Shown here one piece after another: positions 52,250 to 64,000 of a stretch of DNA of 64,000 nucleotides; the stretch's first letter is position 1, and each line of letters opens with the position of its first letter. Below the pieces are notes generated by a model, which was not told where the DNA came from, did not search any database, and saw only the letters and a list, made by a program, of their open reading frames with translations. The DNA comes from Octopus vulgaris (Eukaryota), in contig OX597824.1 in NCBI GenBank assembly GCA_951406725.2, positions 25,916,001 through 25,980,000 of the forward strand. Reading direction: 5' to 3'. The translations under genes and the position numbers were made by a program.

Positions 52250-52465
52250 ATATGTTTGTGTGACTGTGTTTGTCACCCCAATATCGCTTGACAACCGATG
52301 CTGGTGTGTTTACGTCCCCATAACTTAGCGGTTCGGCAAAAGAGACTGATAGAAAAAGTACTAGGCTTACAACGAATAAGTCCTGGGGTCGATTTGCTCG
52401 ACTAAAGGCAGTGCTCCAGCATGGCCACAGTCAAATGACTGAAACAAATAAAAGAATAAAAGAAA
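52054..52465 (+). mobile_element. SINE family A, full length
   Basis: tRNA-like A/B boxes (tggctgtgtgg; ggttcagttcc), CORE-like block, internal (TA)n, A-rich tail. Confidence 0.92.
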
Positions 52466-52870
52466 AAAAAAGAAAGATGTGGGAAGAAGTGGTGAGGTCA
52501 AATCTCAGGATGTTGGGTCGGTGTCAGAGATGAAATGACAAAAGGTCAAGACAAGTGATGATACAGCAGACCCAGCCAACCTACACCAGAAGTGAAATGC
52601 ACAGTAAAATGTTGATGATGATGATGATGATAGTAGTAAAAGGGCAGTGTAGTATCAGATGTGATAAAGATCTATCTGTTAGCTGACAACAATGATTTTA
52701 AACGTGTTGTTTGATATTTTGACTTTGACATTTATAAATCAACTGAGATTTCCACTTAAGATATAACTTTAGTGTTAATTTGACTGTTTCATTTTCATTC
52801 AGGAAAAAAGAAATAATTAAAATGACATAGCTAATTAAAAACAAAACAATGATCAATAATCAAACATTAG

Positions 52871-53086
52871 CCATTTAGCATTTAAACCAGCCATAGCTGG
52901 CCTAAATATTCTGCCTAGTTTATGTTCAAACCAGCCAGACTCAGCCTCTCACACCTATATGACAATGTCATTCTAAAAGTAAATAATCACGTAATTAAAA
53001 TCTTGTCGGTATGAGATATGCATTAATTCAAAGCAATGTGAATAAATAAACAATACATTTGAAAGAGTAATCCGAATGCTAAAGGG
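52871..53086 (+). mobile_element. TTAA MITE family A
   Basis: ccatttagcatt ... aatgctaaaggg-TTAA. Confidence 0.82.
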
Positions 53087-53110
53087 TTAAATCAACTGAA
53101 ATTTCAATCC

Positions 53111-53556
53111 ACCTTTGCTTGTCTTCCGTATCACATATGATATACAGGACATATTTCCCCCCAGGAATCCATGCATCATACATGAAACAGATTCCCAATT
53201 TATTTTCAAATACCTATTTCTTTACTACCCACAAGGGGCTAAACACAAGAGGGGACAAACAAGGACAGACGAATGGATTAAGTCGATTACATCGACCCCA
53301 GTGCGTAACTGGTACTTATTTAATCGACCCCAAAAGGATGAAAAGCAAAGTCGACCACGGCGGAATTTGAACTCAGAATGTAACGGCAGACGAAATACTG
53401 CTAAGCATTTCGTCAAGCGTGCTAACAATTCTGCCAGCTCGCCACCCAGGGTAACTTGGAATTTATGAACAAAAAGTTTTATATGACTCAGAACGTATGA
53501 AACAAGGGCTAACTAAAAATCTGAAAACAAGTATGGAGTTTAAGACTGGCAAAGGG
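53111..53556. mobile_element. Third TTAA-type MITE containing a SINE B (~53211-53445, minus)
   Basis: acctttgcttgtctt vs aagactggcaaaggg-TTAA imperfect TIRs; a family B copy lies inside. Confidence 0.55.
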
Positions 53557-54246
53557 TTAAGATATATTTTCATGTTAAATTGACTGCTTCACTTTTCTTT
53601 ATAAAAAATAATCTAAATGACTTGGCTAATTAAAACAATAAAAAACATAATGATAAAAAAAATCAAACAGTAAATTAAAATATTGATTTCGATAATTATT
53701 TTATCAACCCCTGAAAGGATGAAAGGTGAATTTGAACTCAGAACATAAAAATGGACGAAAATACCACAAACAACTCTGCCAGCTCACCACCTTTTAGAGA
53801 GATAAAATATTAAAGATATGAATTTATAACATAAACCAGAACGTGTTCATGCTTAATATTTCAGAATCTTTTGTCCTTAGGGAATTCATTAAAGACTCTA
53901 TGTAAATGCCAACAAGTATAAAATAAATCACTGGAGGTGAGTTGGGTCCACAACCCAGTTTTGATTCTTACCTAATGTAATCTTTCTCTCTTTCTCTCTC
54001 TCTTTATTTGCTGCTAATGCTTTTCAGAAAGCAGCTATCAGATTTAAAGCCCTGTACTGAAATATCATCATCCTGATAACTACATGGATTGTGTGCATGC
54101 GTGAATGTGTTTGTGAGAGAGAGAGAGAGAGAGAGAGGGGGGGTGTATAATATCATGTTCTCAGTATCATTTTCTTTTATCTGTTACCTTTTATTTGTTG
54201 CAATCATTGGACTGCAGCCACGTTTATTTTTTTTTTAAGTCTAGGG

Positions 54247-54650
54247 GCAGGCGCAGGTGTGGTAAGAAGTCTGCTTCGCAACCACATGATTCTGGGTACA
54301 GTCCCACTGTGTGGAATCTTGGGCAAATGTCTTCTACTATAGCCTTGGGCTGACCAAAGTCTTGAGAGTGGATTCGGTAGACGGAAATGGAAGAAGCCTG
54401 TCACACACACATATATATATATATATAGTTAACCCAAACATGAAAACACAAACAGAAAACACAACAACGCGAGGACATGGAACAAGTATAGTGATATTGG
54501 ACACTCAGGAAAGGAAAGAAAGAAGGAGGAGTTAATGTTTCGAGCAGAGCTCTTCGTCAGAAACATAGAAAAAGGAAAGGCCCAAGGAAGGGAAGACGGA
54601 GAAAGAAAATTACCAACGATACACACGCTCCCACATATTGAATGACCGGA

Positions 54651-54701
<51 letters not shown>

Positions 54702-54915
54702 TGTGTCTTTGTTTCTGTGATGTCTCCCCACCACTGCTTGACAACTGGTGCTGGTGTGTTTACATCCATGTAACTTAGCAGTTCAGCAAAAGGGACCAAT
54801 AGAATAAGTTACCAGGGTTTAAAGAAATAAGTATTGGGGTAAATACATTCAACTAAAAAAATTCTTTAAAGCGATGTTCCACCACGGCCGCAGTCTAGTG
54901 ACTGAAACAAAAAGA
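54247..54915 (+). mobile_element. SINE family A with a Penelope-like insert (~54428-54652) in its (TA)n tract
   Basis: Family A halves flank a purine-rich insert bounded by (TA)n on both sides. Confidence 0.78.
54531..54564 (-). ncRNA. Degenerate minimal type I hammerhead ribozyme motif
   Basis: Minus strand: GTTT-CTGACGA-A-GAGC-tct-GCTC-GAAAC-ATT-AAC. CUGANGA and GAAA cores flank a 4-bp stem II; stems I and III are imperfect. Confidence 0.5.
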
Positions 54916-54939
54916 AAAAACAATAAAGATAAAAGATAC

Positions 54940-55985
54940 TTATTCAATCAGTCTCTTTGCTGAAACCACTAAGTTATAGGGACATATGTAAACTGTTACT
55001 AGTTGCCAAGTGGGAGGGACACACACACACACACAAAAATATAAACATATTACACACACACACATACACAATGGGCTTCCACACATTTTCAGTTTATCAA
55101 ATTCACTTACAAGGCATTGGTCAGCCTGAGGCTAAAATAGAAAACATTTGCCCAAGGTGGGGTACTAGTGCTGAACCCAAAACCACGTGTTTGCAAGGCA
55201 AGCTTCTTAACCATACAGCCAAGCCTGCAACCCATGTAGAGGTTGACCCATTGGCTCAGTGCTGTGAAACAGATTAATTAAATTCTATGGTCTAAACAAT
55301 GACCATATTAGGACATGCAGTGTAATTTAAGTATAAATCATTATTTGATATAAATTTCATTCATATTAATGGAAAATCTTAGTCATGAAAATCTTTTCAT
55401 GTTTAAATGAAGACATTAAAGCATCAACAGGAACAACAAAGACATCACACAAATCGGTGAAAGGATTGGTTGCTCCAACTATAAAAATAGCAGCCAAATA
55501 CCCTGTCTAGCTTCACTGCACAGTGTAGTTTTGCAAGTACAAAAGGACAGAATGTTAACAGCTGGAATGTTTTTGATCACAAACATGGCTGTGTGGTTAA
55601 GAAGCTTATTTTCCAACCCTGTGACCTTAGTTCAGTTTCACTACATGACCCCTTGGACAAGTGTCTTCTACTATAACCCCCAGGCTGACCAAAGTCTTGC
55701 AAGTGGATTTGGTAGACATAGACAGAATGAAACTTATCCAGTATGTATATAATACCTGTGTAGGTGTATTTGTGTCTGTGTTTGTCACACCCACCCAATA
55801 CTGCATGACAACCAGTGTTGTTTTGTTTACACCCCCATAACTTAGCAGTTCAGCAAAAGAGATTAGGGAATAAGTACCAGGCTTAAAAATAAGTACTGAG
55901 ATTTTTTTTTTTTTTTTACTAAACCATTCAAGACAGTGCCCCAGCTTGGCTGCAGTCAAATGACTGAAACAAGTAAGGAAAAAAG
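54940..55985. mobile_element. Two further SINE A copies (54940-55230 minus; 55585-55985 plus)
   Basis: Family A blocks in both orientations. Confidence 0.72.
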
Positions 55986-56835
55986 ATTTAAAATAAGACC
56001 ATTTATTACCCATATTTTATTTGACAATAAAGATTTTGGCAACAGAAAAAGATTGGTTTTTTTGGGAGGTTTTTTTGCACACTATAGAGTCATACACATT
56101 ACATTTGTCTTGTTCAAACATGTGTACCCTTCCCAAACAGCTTTTACTATTGTCTGACAATATTTTTCTATATAATTTGATTATATTTTCCCACAGACAC
56201 AATATACCAGTCTTCAAGTACTCAGAGGTAGTGAGTATTTCACAACCCAGGACAAACAAACTAACCAACACATACATTCTGAAAGGTGGTGGGTGAATAG
56301 AGCCATCATCAGACAATAAATGTTAGTCATTAAAACAACATTACATAGACATATACAAAAACACATATACACATTGTAATCTGAGCTGCATACATTTAGT
56401 ATATAAAAAAAACCAACAAGTTCTTATTAGTTTTTAATTACCAACATACATAAATATACATTCATCGTACATACACAAAATTTGAAGCATACATTTTTAC
56501 ATTTCTCTCTCTCTCGTGTGTGTGTCTGTGTGTGTGTGTGTCTGTGTGTCTTTGTGCAAAGACATGTGACCTAGTGATCGTGTTTAAATTCCTAAACTAG
56601 TGGTGGATTGTGTTCTTGAGCAAAACACTTCATTTCAATTGCCCTTATTAATTCAGCAGTAAATTGGTCACTCTGCAACAGACTGGCATTCCAAAGATGA
56701 TGCAAGGGGTGGGGGCTGCTTGCCTAGTTACCAAAGTGGCATCATTTGAAAGCTACAAAGAAGCACATTGTATACAGAGGTATATAACAATGTCCGATAG
56801 TCTAATTTGATACAGTGAGATTATATAATGGTAAA

Positions 56836-57160
56836 CATCCCTTCAGTCATGAATGGCTATGAGATTGCACCTAGAAAGTTGCCCAAGTCCAGGCAAGGTT
56901 GTTTATGGAAGACCAGCAGTCACCCATTCATGCCAGTTTCCTCTCACCATGCCACTAATGTTGTCTAAGAAAAAGGCAAAGGCCGATACAGCTTGGCACC
57001 AGTCATGATGCAACTCATTTCTACAACTGAGTGAACTGGAGCAACATGAAATGAAGTATCTTGCTCAAGAACACAATACACAGTCCAGTCCATGCATCAA
57101 ACTCACAACCTCATGATAATAAACCCGGTGCTCTAACCACTGAGCTATAATGCCTTCACA
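56836..57160 (-). mobile_element. tRNA-derived CORE-like SINE (distinct family)
   Basis: Minus strand tagctcagtggttagagc A box, gtgagtttgatgc B-box-like motif, gtgttcttgagcaagatacttcatttc core; relatives near 17365, 29065 and 56565. Confidence 0.7.
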
Positions 57161-58434
57161 CTGAGAATATATATATATATAACAAGTGTTGTCATGGCTG
57201 TATGAGGAAGAAGCTTACATCACAACTATGTAATTTTCGGCTCATTCCTTGTATGTGGTGTTGTGAGTAGGTGTCTTCTGCTACAGTCTTGATCTGATCA
57301 AAGCCTTGTAAGTGGAATTGGAAAACAGAAACTGCAGTGTGTGTGTGTGCACGCATGCGTGTGTGTGTCTTTCCATTGTCTTGAAATTGTTCATTTACCG
57401 AATAAACAATGTCATTTTACAGTAGAAAGGACAATTATTCAACAATACACAAAATCTTTTAAAGGCATCGCAGAATCCCAAATTTATAAAAGGATCTAGA
57501 TTTTCCAAATTGTATGTTAATTGACCCCAATTAACATACAATAATCATTGCCAAACATTGCACTGTGTTCCCTTTCTGTCTCTTCTGCTACTACAATAAT
57601 TCCTGCTCCTTTGAATTAGGAATCCACATATCAACCCTACCCAGCCAATTCAACATGTGTTTCCTCCTCTATCACCCCAGCTGTCTCAGTCTACCAAATT
57701 CTACATCAAAGACTTCAACCAATTCTACCCTCTCGGAGTGCAACACTGCCCACATTGCTCCTTTGGTCATCAACCTGCAATAGACCCCGTTGAACATTAA
57801 CCACATCATCACAAGTAAGGACAGCCTGTTCCTTCACCTTTTAGTAAATCATAACTTGTCCTGGGTGGTACTGAAACAGCTGTAACCAATATTAAACTGC
57901 AACCAGTATTAGAGCCTTGTTTTGGGAGTTCCAGGCTTTTGAGGAGCTTGCAGTCACCTCTTAGCCGCTATTGTCCCAAGGTCTATTCAGACCCAGGGTA
58001 GTAGCACCTGTCAGGGCACCAGCTATGGATTAAGTAGCATGTAACCACTCAAGTCAGGGTACGTTGAAATCACTGAATGTAGCATGGTGGATGTGAACTA
58101 TCTTGGCAAATAAGTCTTGTTGAATCAATAGCAAATATTATTAGATGTTGAGTGAATGAACAGAAAAACTGTCAACAGCCAAGATCAACCAGTTCAGTTA
58201 GCAAACTACTGCTATCATCTGCAGTCATGGCAAGCACAGATGAGCTATTTCTGTTAGCAAAAGACCAATGTGACTAAAACCCAAGCCAGATGTTCATGCA
58301 GCATTACTCGATTGGGACATCTGGTGTGGAGTTGCACTGGTCCAGGCAAGTCGCCTGACTAGGTGATAATAAGTTTAAACATACACAGCTACTAGCAACA
58401 AGCAATGCAACTAAGAAGACTGAGTCCACTATAC

Positions 58435-59060
58435 CAGTGCTACTCAAAGTGGAGGTCCGTGGACTGGTGACGGTCCATGAACCATCAGCTGCCAGTACGA
58501 GGTGAGTTTCCAGAAAAGAGATAAACATTAGAAAATGTTTATGTAATATTGTACTATTTGTTTACATAATAAATATAAGATAAAAAATAAAAAAAATTGT
58601 TAACTTTTATCATATTCATTATAAATATTGTTTCCGGTATAAATTAATATTTTTCGTTTTTCGTCGCCCTTTTCAATCCTAGCCAGGCTCATGGGCCTGG
58701 TTTCCCGGTTTCTGTGGCGTATCTGTTCCCCCAGCTGAACAGGACGCCAGTCCATCGCAGCGTTACTCAAGAAATAGGAAGAGAGAGTGAGAGAAAGTTG
58801 TGGCAAAAGAGTACGACAGGGGTCGCCACCACCCCCTGCTGGAACCTCATGGCACTTTTAGGTGTTTTCGCTCAATAAACACACACAACGTCTGGTGTGG
58901 GAATCAAAACCGTGATCCTCCGATCGCGAGTCCGCTGCCTTAACCACTGGGCCATTGCGCCTCCACATAAATTAATATCACTAAGAAATAGTACCGGTCC
59001 CTGGCACATTGAAGAAACAAAACTGCCAGTATGCCACATCAGATAGTTTGAGGAACATCG
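58435..59060. mobile_element. Degenerate hAT (Charlie-like) non-autonomous element with nested SINE
   Basis: cagtgctactcaaagtgg left end, tttgaggaacatcg right end; imperfect 8-bp TSD cactatac/cactacgc; ggtcc subterminal motifs. Confidence 0.6.
58651..58966 (-). mobile_element. Young full-length tRNA-derived SINE with 12-bp TSD
   Basis: Minus strand gtggaggcgcaatggcccagtggttaaggcagcggactcgcgatcggaggatcacggttttgattccc (A/B boxes, CpG-rich); ctgcgatggactggcgtcctgt block; ataaattaatat at 58639-50 and 58967-78. Confidence 0.88.
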
Positions 59061-59929
59061 CACTACGCAACACAATATTGCGACCTACACTCTGCTAATC
59101 AATAGTTGTCAAGCAATAGCAGGGGCCAAACACACACACATACACATAGGGCTTCCACAGTTTCCACCTGTCCAATTTACTCACAAAGCATTGGTTGAGT
59201 CAGGGCTTTAACTGAAGTCACTTGCTCAAGGTGCTGAACCAGAACTTATGTGGTTGCAAAGTGAGTTTCTTAATGTCATAGCTATGCCTATTTAGACATA
59301 CTTTTTCTTCCACTTACTTAAAAAAAAAAACACACAGATTTAAAACTAAAGCATTTATCAGTAATGCTTCAATAATTTTGAAATAAAGTCTTTCCTTTTT
59401 TTTTTTTTTATGCACCACAGAATCTTGTCCAAATGTATGTAAACTTCCTAAAACAACTTTTACCATCATCACACGGTGCTTTAATGTAATGTTGACTGTT
59501 CGCAATCTACCACGAAAACAGGCCCAGCCACTGAGTTGCTCATTGATAAAAGGGCTATAGAAATATACAAGGAATAATAAATATTTTTTTCATATTTCAT
59601 GAAAAATAGCTGAATTTGTTAGGTGTCTAAAGAGGTGCCACAGTGAAAGTTTTAAGCAAGTCTTTACCACAAATAATTATATGTTCATAATGTGACTCAA
59701 AGCAGAGTGGTACTGAAACAACTGTAACTTATGCTATACAGATATCTTCAACATCAGTGTTGCTCTACAAAAACACATCAATTCATTCTATCAGAGATCA
59801 ATACCTGAACTTCCTGCAGCAATGGACTGCATTAAATACCAGCCTTCATATGTAGATTTGTTGGAAATTTATATATCAAGTGCTGCACAAAGAATATGCC
59901 AAAATTCTACCAAATCCAAACTTACATTA

Positions 59930-60037
59930 CTGTGCATGTGTGTGTGTGCATGCATATCTATGAGAGAGAAACAAATATGTGTGTACATAGAAAAATAAGT
60001 GTGTTTGTGTATGTATGTATGTGTATATATATATATG

Positions 60038-60090
<53 letters not shown>

Positions 60091-60478
60091 ATATATATAT
60101 ACACACATACATATATACAAATATATATATATATATACACATATATACATACATATATATATGCATATATATATATATACATATATATACATATAAACAT
60201 ATATATACATAAATATATATATAAACATATATATACATAAATATATGCATATATATATATATATACATATATATACATATAAACATATTGTTATATTTCG
60301 GAATGGCTAAACTGGCAATATGACCATTCCGAAATATAACAATATCTGTTTCAACACACGACTTCACATAAAAAATCTTGCACAACAAATATTTAAACGT
60401 ACATATAAACATATATATACATAAATATATGCATATATATATATACATATATATACATATAAACATATATATACATAA

Positions 60479-60511
<33 letters not shown>

Positions 60512-60660
60512 TATATACATATTTATGCATACATGTATATACATACATATATACATATTTATGTATACATGTATATACATACATATATACATATTTATGT
60601 ATACATGTATATACATACATATATACATATTTATGTATACATGTATATGCATATATATAT
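59930..60660. repeat. TA/CA-rich compound microsatellite with a 32-bp minisatellite (~60510-60640)
   Basis: Directly visible; repeating atacatatttatgtatacatgtatatacatac-type unit ([12 protein letters not shown] repeats in the ORF track). Confidence 0.9.
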
Positions 60661-60661
60661 A

Positions 60662-60873
60662 TATTTCTTTACTACCCACAAGGGGCTAAATACAGAGGGG
60701 ACAAACAAGGACAGACAAACGGATTAAGTCGATTACATCGACACCAGTGCGTAACTGGTACTTAGTTTATCAACCCGAAAAGGATGAAAGGCAAAGTCAA
60801 CCTAAGCGGAATTTGAACTCGGAACGTAATGACAGACGAAATACGGCTATGCATTTCACCCTGCGTGCTAACG
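60662..60873 (-). mobile_element. SINE family B
   Basis: Matches family B in reverse, embedded in (TA)n. Confidence 0.85.
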
Positions 60874-60884
60874 TTATATATATA

Positions 60885-60934
<50 letters not shown>

Positions 60935-61430
60935 TATGCATACATGTATATACATATGTATATATTTATCTATCTATTGATTTTTTTTTTAACAAAAATA
61001 GTATTGACAGTGACTTGGAAGTTGCAGCCACCTTGGCTTTTTCATCAGACCATGAAGTCAGATGAAGGCTGAAACCTGAAAGTCACTATCTATTTTTGTT
61101 AAAAAATATATAGAAATGTAATCTACTAAAAATATTGACTAATTCCTTAGTTTAATGCAAAATTGTCTTTATTATAACTTGACATAAAAGCAAACAGTGT
61201 GTGTGTGTATGTGAGTCTATGTATGTGTGTACTGATGATGATGATGATGCACAGAAATGAGTTTTATGATTTTACATATAAAAATAATTACTTGAGACGA
61301 GTCTAATTACATATAATATCTTTATAAGTATATTGCTAATCCATCTGCAAATATATCCTAACTTAAGATTGTAAGTATCTGTTCAGATACCACTGCATTC
61401 ATTATATGGATTTAATGAACTAGTCTCTCT

Positions 61431-61481
<51 letters not shown>

Positions 61482-61634
61482 ATATAAGAGAAGGCATTAC
61501 TGTGGTTTTGAATTCTGCTGAGTATGTTATATCATAATTTTGTTGCTTGTATCCATAGAGTATATATATATTTTTTTTAAATTTTAATAAATGCTGGTCA
61601 GCAGTCTCCAAACCTGTTCTGGATTGCCTTCGCA

Positions 61635-61669
<35 letters not shown>

Positions 61670-61799
61670 ATAGAAAATTATATTGCTTGTATGTAGTGTA
61701 AAAATGATTTAATTAAGTGTTAAGATTGATAACCATATGCAGAAGCAATGTAGCATTGTTCTAACCCCAAATAAGATTACAAATAAAAGACAGAAAAAT

Positions 61800-61908
61800 T
61801 AATAATAATGATGATGATGATGATGATGATGGTGGTGGTAATGATTTCATTTATTTGCCACAAGGGCAAAGGATGCGGAGGACGATACAAAGACAGACAT
61901 GTTAGTAA

Positions 61909-61941
<33 letters not shown>

Positions 61942-61997
61942 TGATAATAATAATAATGATAATAATAATGATAATGATAATGATAATAATAATGATG

Positions 61998-62043
<46 letters not shown>
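61800..62043. repeat. (GAT)n and (AAT/GAT)n trinucleotide microsatellites
   Basis: Directly visible; explains the poly-I/N/M ORFs. Confidence 0.95.
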
Positions 62044-62226
62044 TCCTTTCTATTACAATCACAAGGCCTGAAATTTACATTGACCCCAGTGTTCCACTGG
62101 TACTTAATTTATCAACCCCGAAAGGATGAAATGCAAAGCTGACCTCGGTAGAATTTGAACTCAATAATAAGAAGAAGAAAATTTTTTTATATACAATTTA
62201 GTATCATTATTATCATTATAAAAGAA

Positions 62227-62265
<39 letters not shown>

Positions 62266-62646
62266 GTATCCATCACCTTAACATCGAAATGGTAAATATG
62301 ATATTTTTATATTATTAGAATGTTAACAGCATGAGTTCCAACATTAAAATTGCAATACAGTAATTATGTTCATTATAATTATAAGATTTCACTGACAGGT
62401 AACCATGTTTCGCTTTGGTTAAAATGCCATACGCAGGAAGGGGGTGGAGAGTAGGCAGACAGATCAATGATCCAAAAATGCTAATGAGTGTAAGATAGGG
62501 GAAGTACAAGTTCATTAGCTAATGATGCAATCACACATACACACACACACATACTGCAGTTCGGATCAACTGCTAGATGTTGCAATCCTTCCCAAAATTT
62601 AATTAGCTTAATGTTCTTTTCCTTCTTTCTAGTTTTATTAACTCAC

Positions 62647-62694
62647 CGTTCTTGCGGCTTGTACAGATTTTTGAGAAAATGTACGCAACATATA
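62647..62694 (-). CDS. Candidate 48-nt internal exon of an unidentified host gene
   Basis: Minus strand ttgtttcattcattgcag|TATATGTTGCGTACATTTTCTCAAAAATCTGTACAAGCCGCAAGAACG|gtgagt. Strong acceptor and donor, length divisible by 3, all three frames open (e.g. YMLRTFSQKSVQAART), lies in non-repetitive DNA. Confidence 0.42.
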
Positions 62695-62886
62695 CTGCAA
62701 TGAATGAAACAATTATTATAGCAACTAGATAGAACTAAATACCAACAGTTCATAAATAAATTTCTTCTTCATAGCAGCAAGATGTTCTTGGAATAATTTA
62801 TTCATATTTGCAGCTAATCATACAAGAATGATTATGAAATTTAGGACAAAATTAGAAATATGTAGTTATTGTTTAACAATGCCTAT

Positions 62887-63107
62887 ACTCTTACTCTTCA
62901 CTCTTTTACTTGTGTTTCAGTCATTTGACTGCGGCCATGCTGGAGCACCACCTTTTTAGTCGAGCAACTCGACCCCGGGACTTATTCTTTTGTAAGCCCA
63001 GTACTTATTCTATCGGTCTCTTTTGCCAAACCGCTAAGTAACAGGGACATAAACACACCAGCATCGGTTGTCAAGCAATGCTAGGGGGACAAACACAGAC
63101 ACACACA

Positions 63108-63153
<46 letters not shown>

Positions 63154-63318
63154 TACGACGGGCTTCTTTCAGTTTCCGTCTACCAAATCCACTTACAAGG
63201 CTTTGGTCTGCCCGAGGCTATAGTAGAAGACACTTGCCCAAGGTGCCAGGCAGTGGGACTGAACCCGGAACCATGTGGTTGGTAAACAAGCTACTTACCA
63301 CACAGCCACTCCTGCGCC
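62887..63318 (-). mobile_element. SINE family A, full length
   Basis: Reverse complement of the 52054-52465 type. Confidence 0.92.
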
Positions 63319-63734
63319 TATCTAACCTCTGAAATATAAAGATGCATTCACTTAATAAACAAATGCCTAATTCTTGTCTACATTAACAGTTTGTGTGTTT
63401 GTGTGTATTACTCATCATCATTTAAAGTTCCCTTTTCTATACTGGCATAGGTTGAACAGTTTCACAAGAAGAGGGTTCTGCCAGGTTCCATGTCTGCTTC
63501 AATATGCTTTCTATGGCTGGATGACCTTCTTAACGCCAACTACTCAACAGAGTATACTGGGTGCTTTTTATGTGGTACTAGCACTAGTGAGGTTGCCTCA
63601 GTTTCTGTCTACCAAATTCACTCACAAGGCTTTGGTTGGCTAGGGGCTATAGAAGACAGTGGCTGGGAAGCAATCTTTGTACCACACAGCCACATCTGCC
63701 CACAATACAAAATTACGTACAACGTATTGGCATC

Positions 63735-63992
63735 GCCACGACTGGCTTCCGTGCCGGTGGCACGTAAAAAGCACCATCTAAATGTGGCCGATGCCAGTGC
63801 TGCCTTGACTGGCTTCCGTGCCGGTGTCACATTAAAAGCACCAACCGATCGGGGCCGCTGCCAGATTCCCCTGGCACGTAAAAAGACTGCCAGATCAGAC
63901 TGGAGCCTGGTGCAGCCTCCTGGCTTCCCAGACCCCGGTCGAACCGTCCAACCCGTGCTAGCGCAGAAAACGGACGTTAAACGATGATGATG
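63735..63992 (+). mobile_element. SINE family C with internal tandem subrepeats and (GAT)n tail
   Basis: Repeated gactggcttccgtgccggtg-cac-taaaagcacc units; ends ggacgttaaacgatgatgatg. Confidence 0.85.
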
Positions 63993-64000
63993 TATATAGA

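Noticed and set aside
58895-58966. tRNA-like sequence with A and B boxes
   Set aside because: Head of a SINE with body, tail and TSD; no complete cloverleaf.

Overview
AT-rich eukaryotic DNA, almost certainly from an octopod cephalopod. That call rests on recognising the abundant tRNA-derived SINE families and the dense TA/CA/TAA/GAT microsatellites; it is not a database result. The window looks like a large intron or intergenic region made mostly of transposable-element debris. I found no intact multi-exon gene, and nearly all long ORFs in the track are microsatellite or SINE read-through artefacts. Best-supported features: a full-length but decayed Chapaev3-type DNA transposon (13709-16036), a Helitron helicase remnant, a complete non-autonomous Helitron, two Helentron-associated HINE-like elements, TTAA-targeting MITEs including a three-layer nest, hAT and Tc1/mariner remnants, RTE, L1/Tx1 and R4/Dong LINE remnants, and many SINEs. 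Most interesting unexplained structure: near-perfect fold-back hairpins recurring at retroelement junctions, degenerate hammerhead-ribozyme cores in Penelope-like repeats, and a few candidate short exons (best: 62647-62694, minus). I found no convincing novel multi-gene system. Boundaries of decayed elements are approximate.
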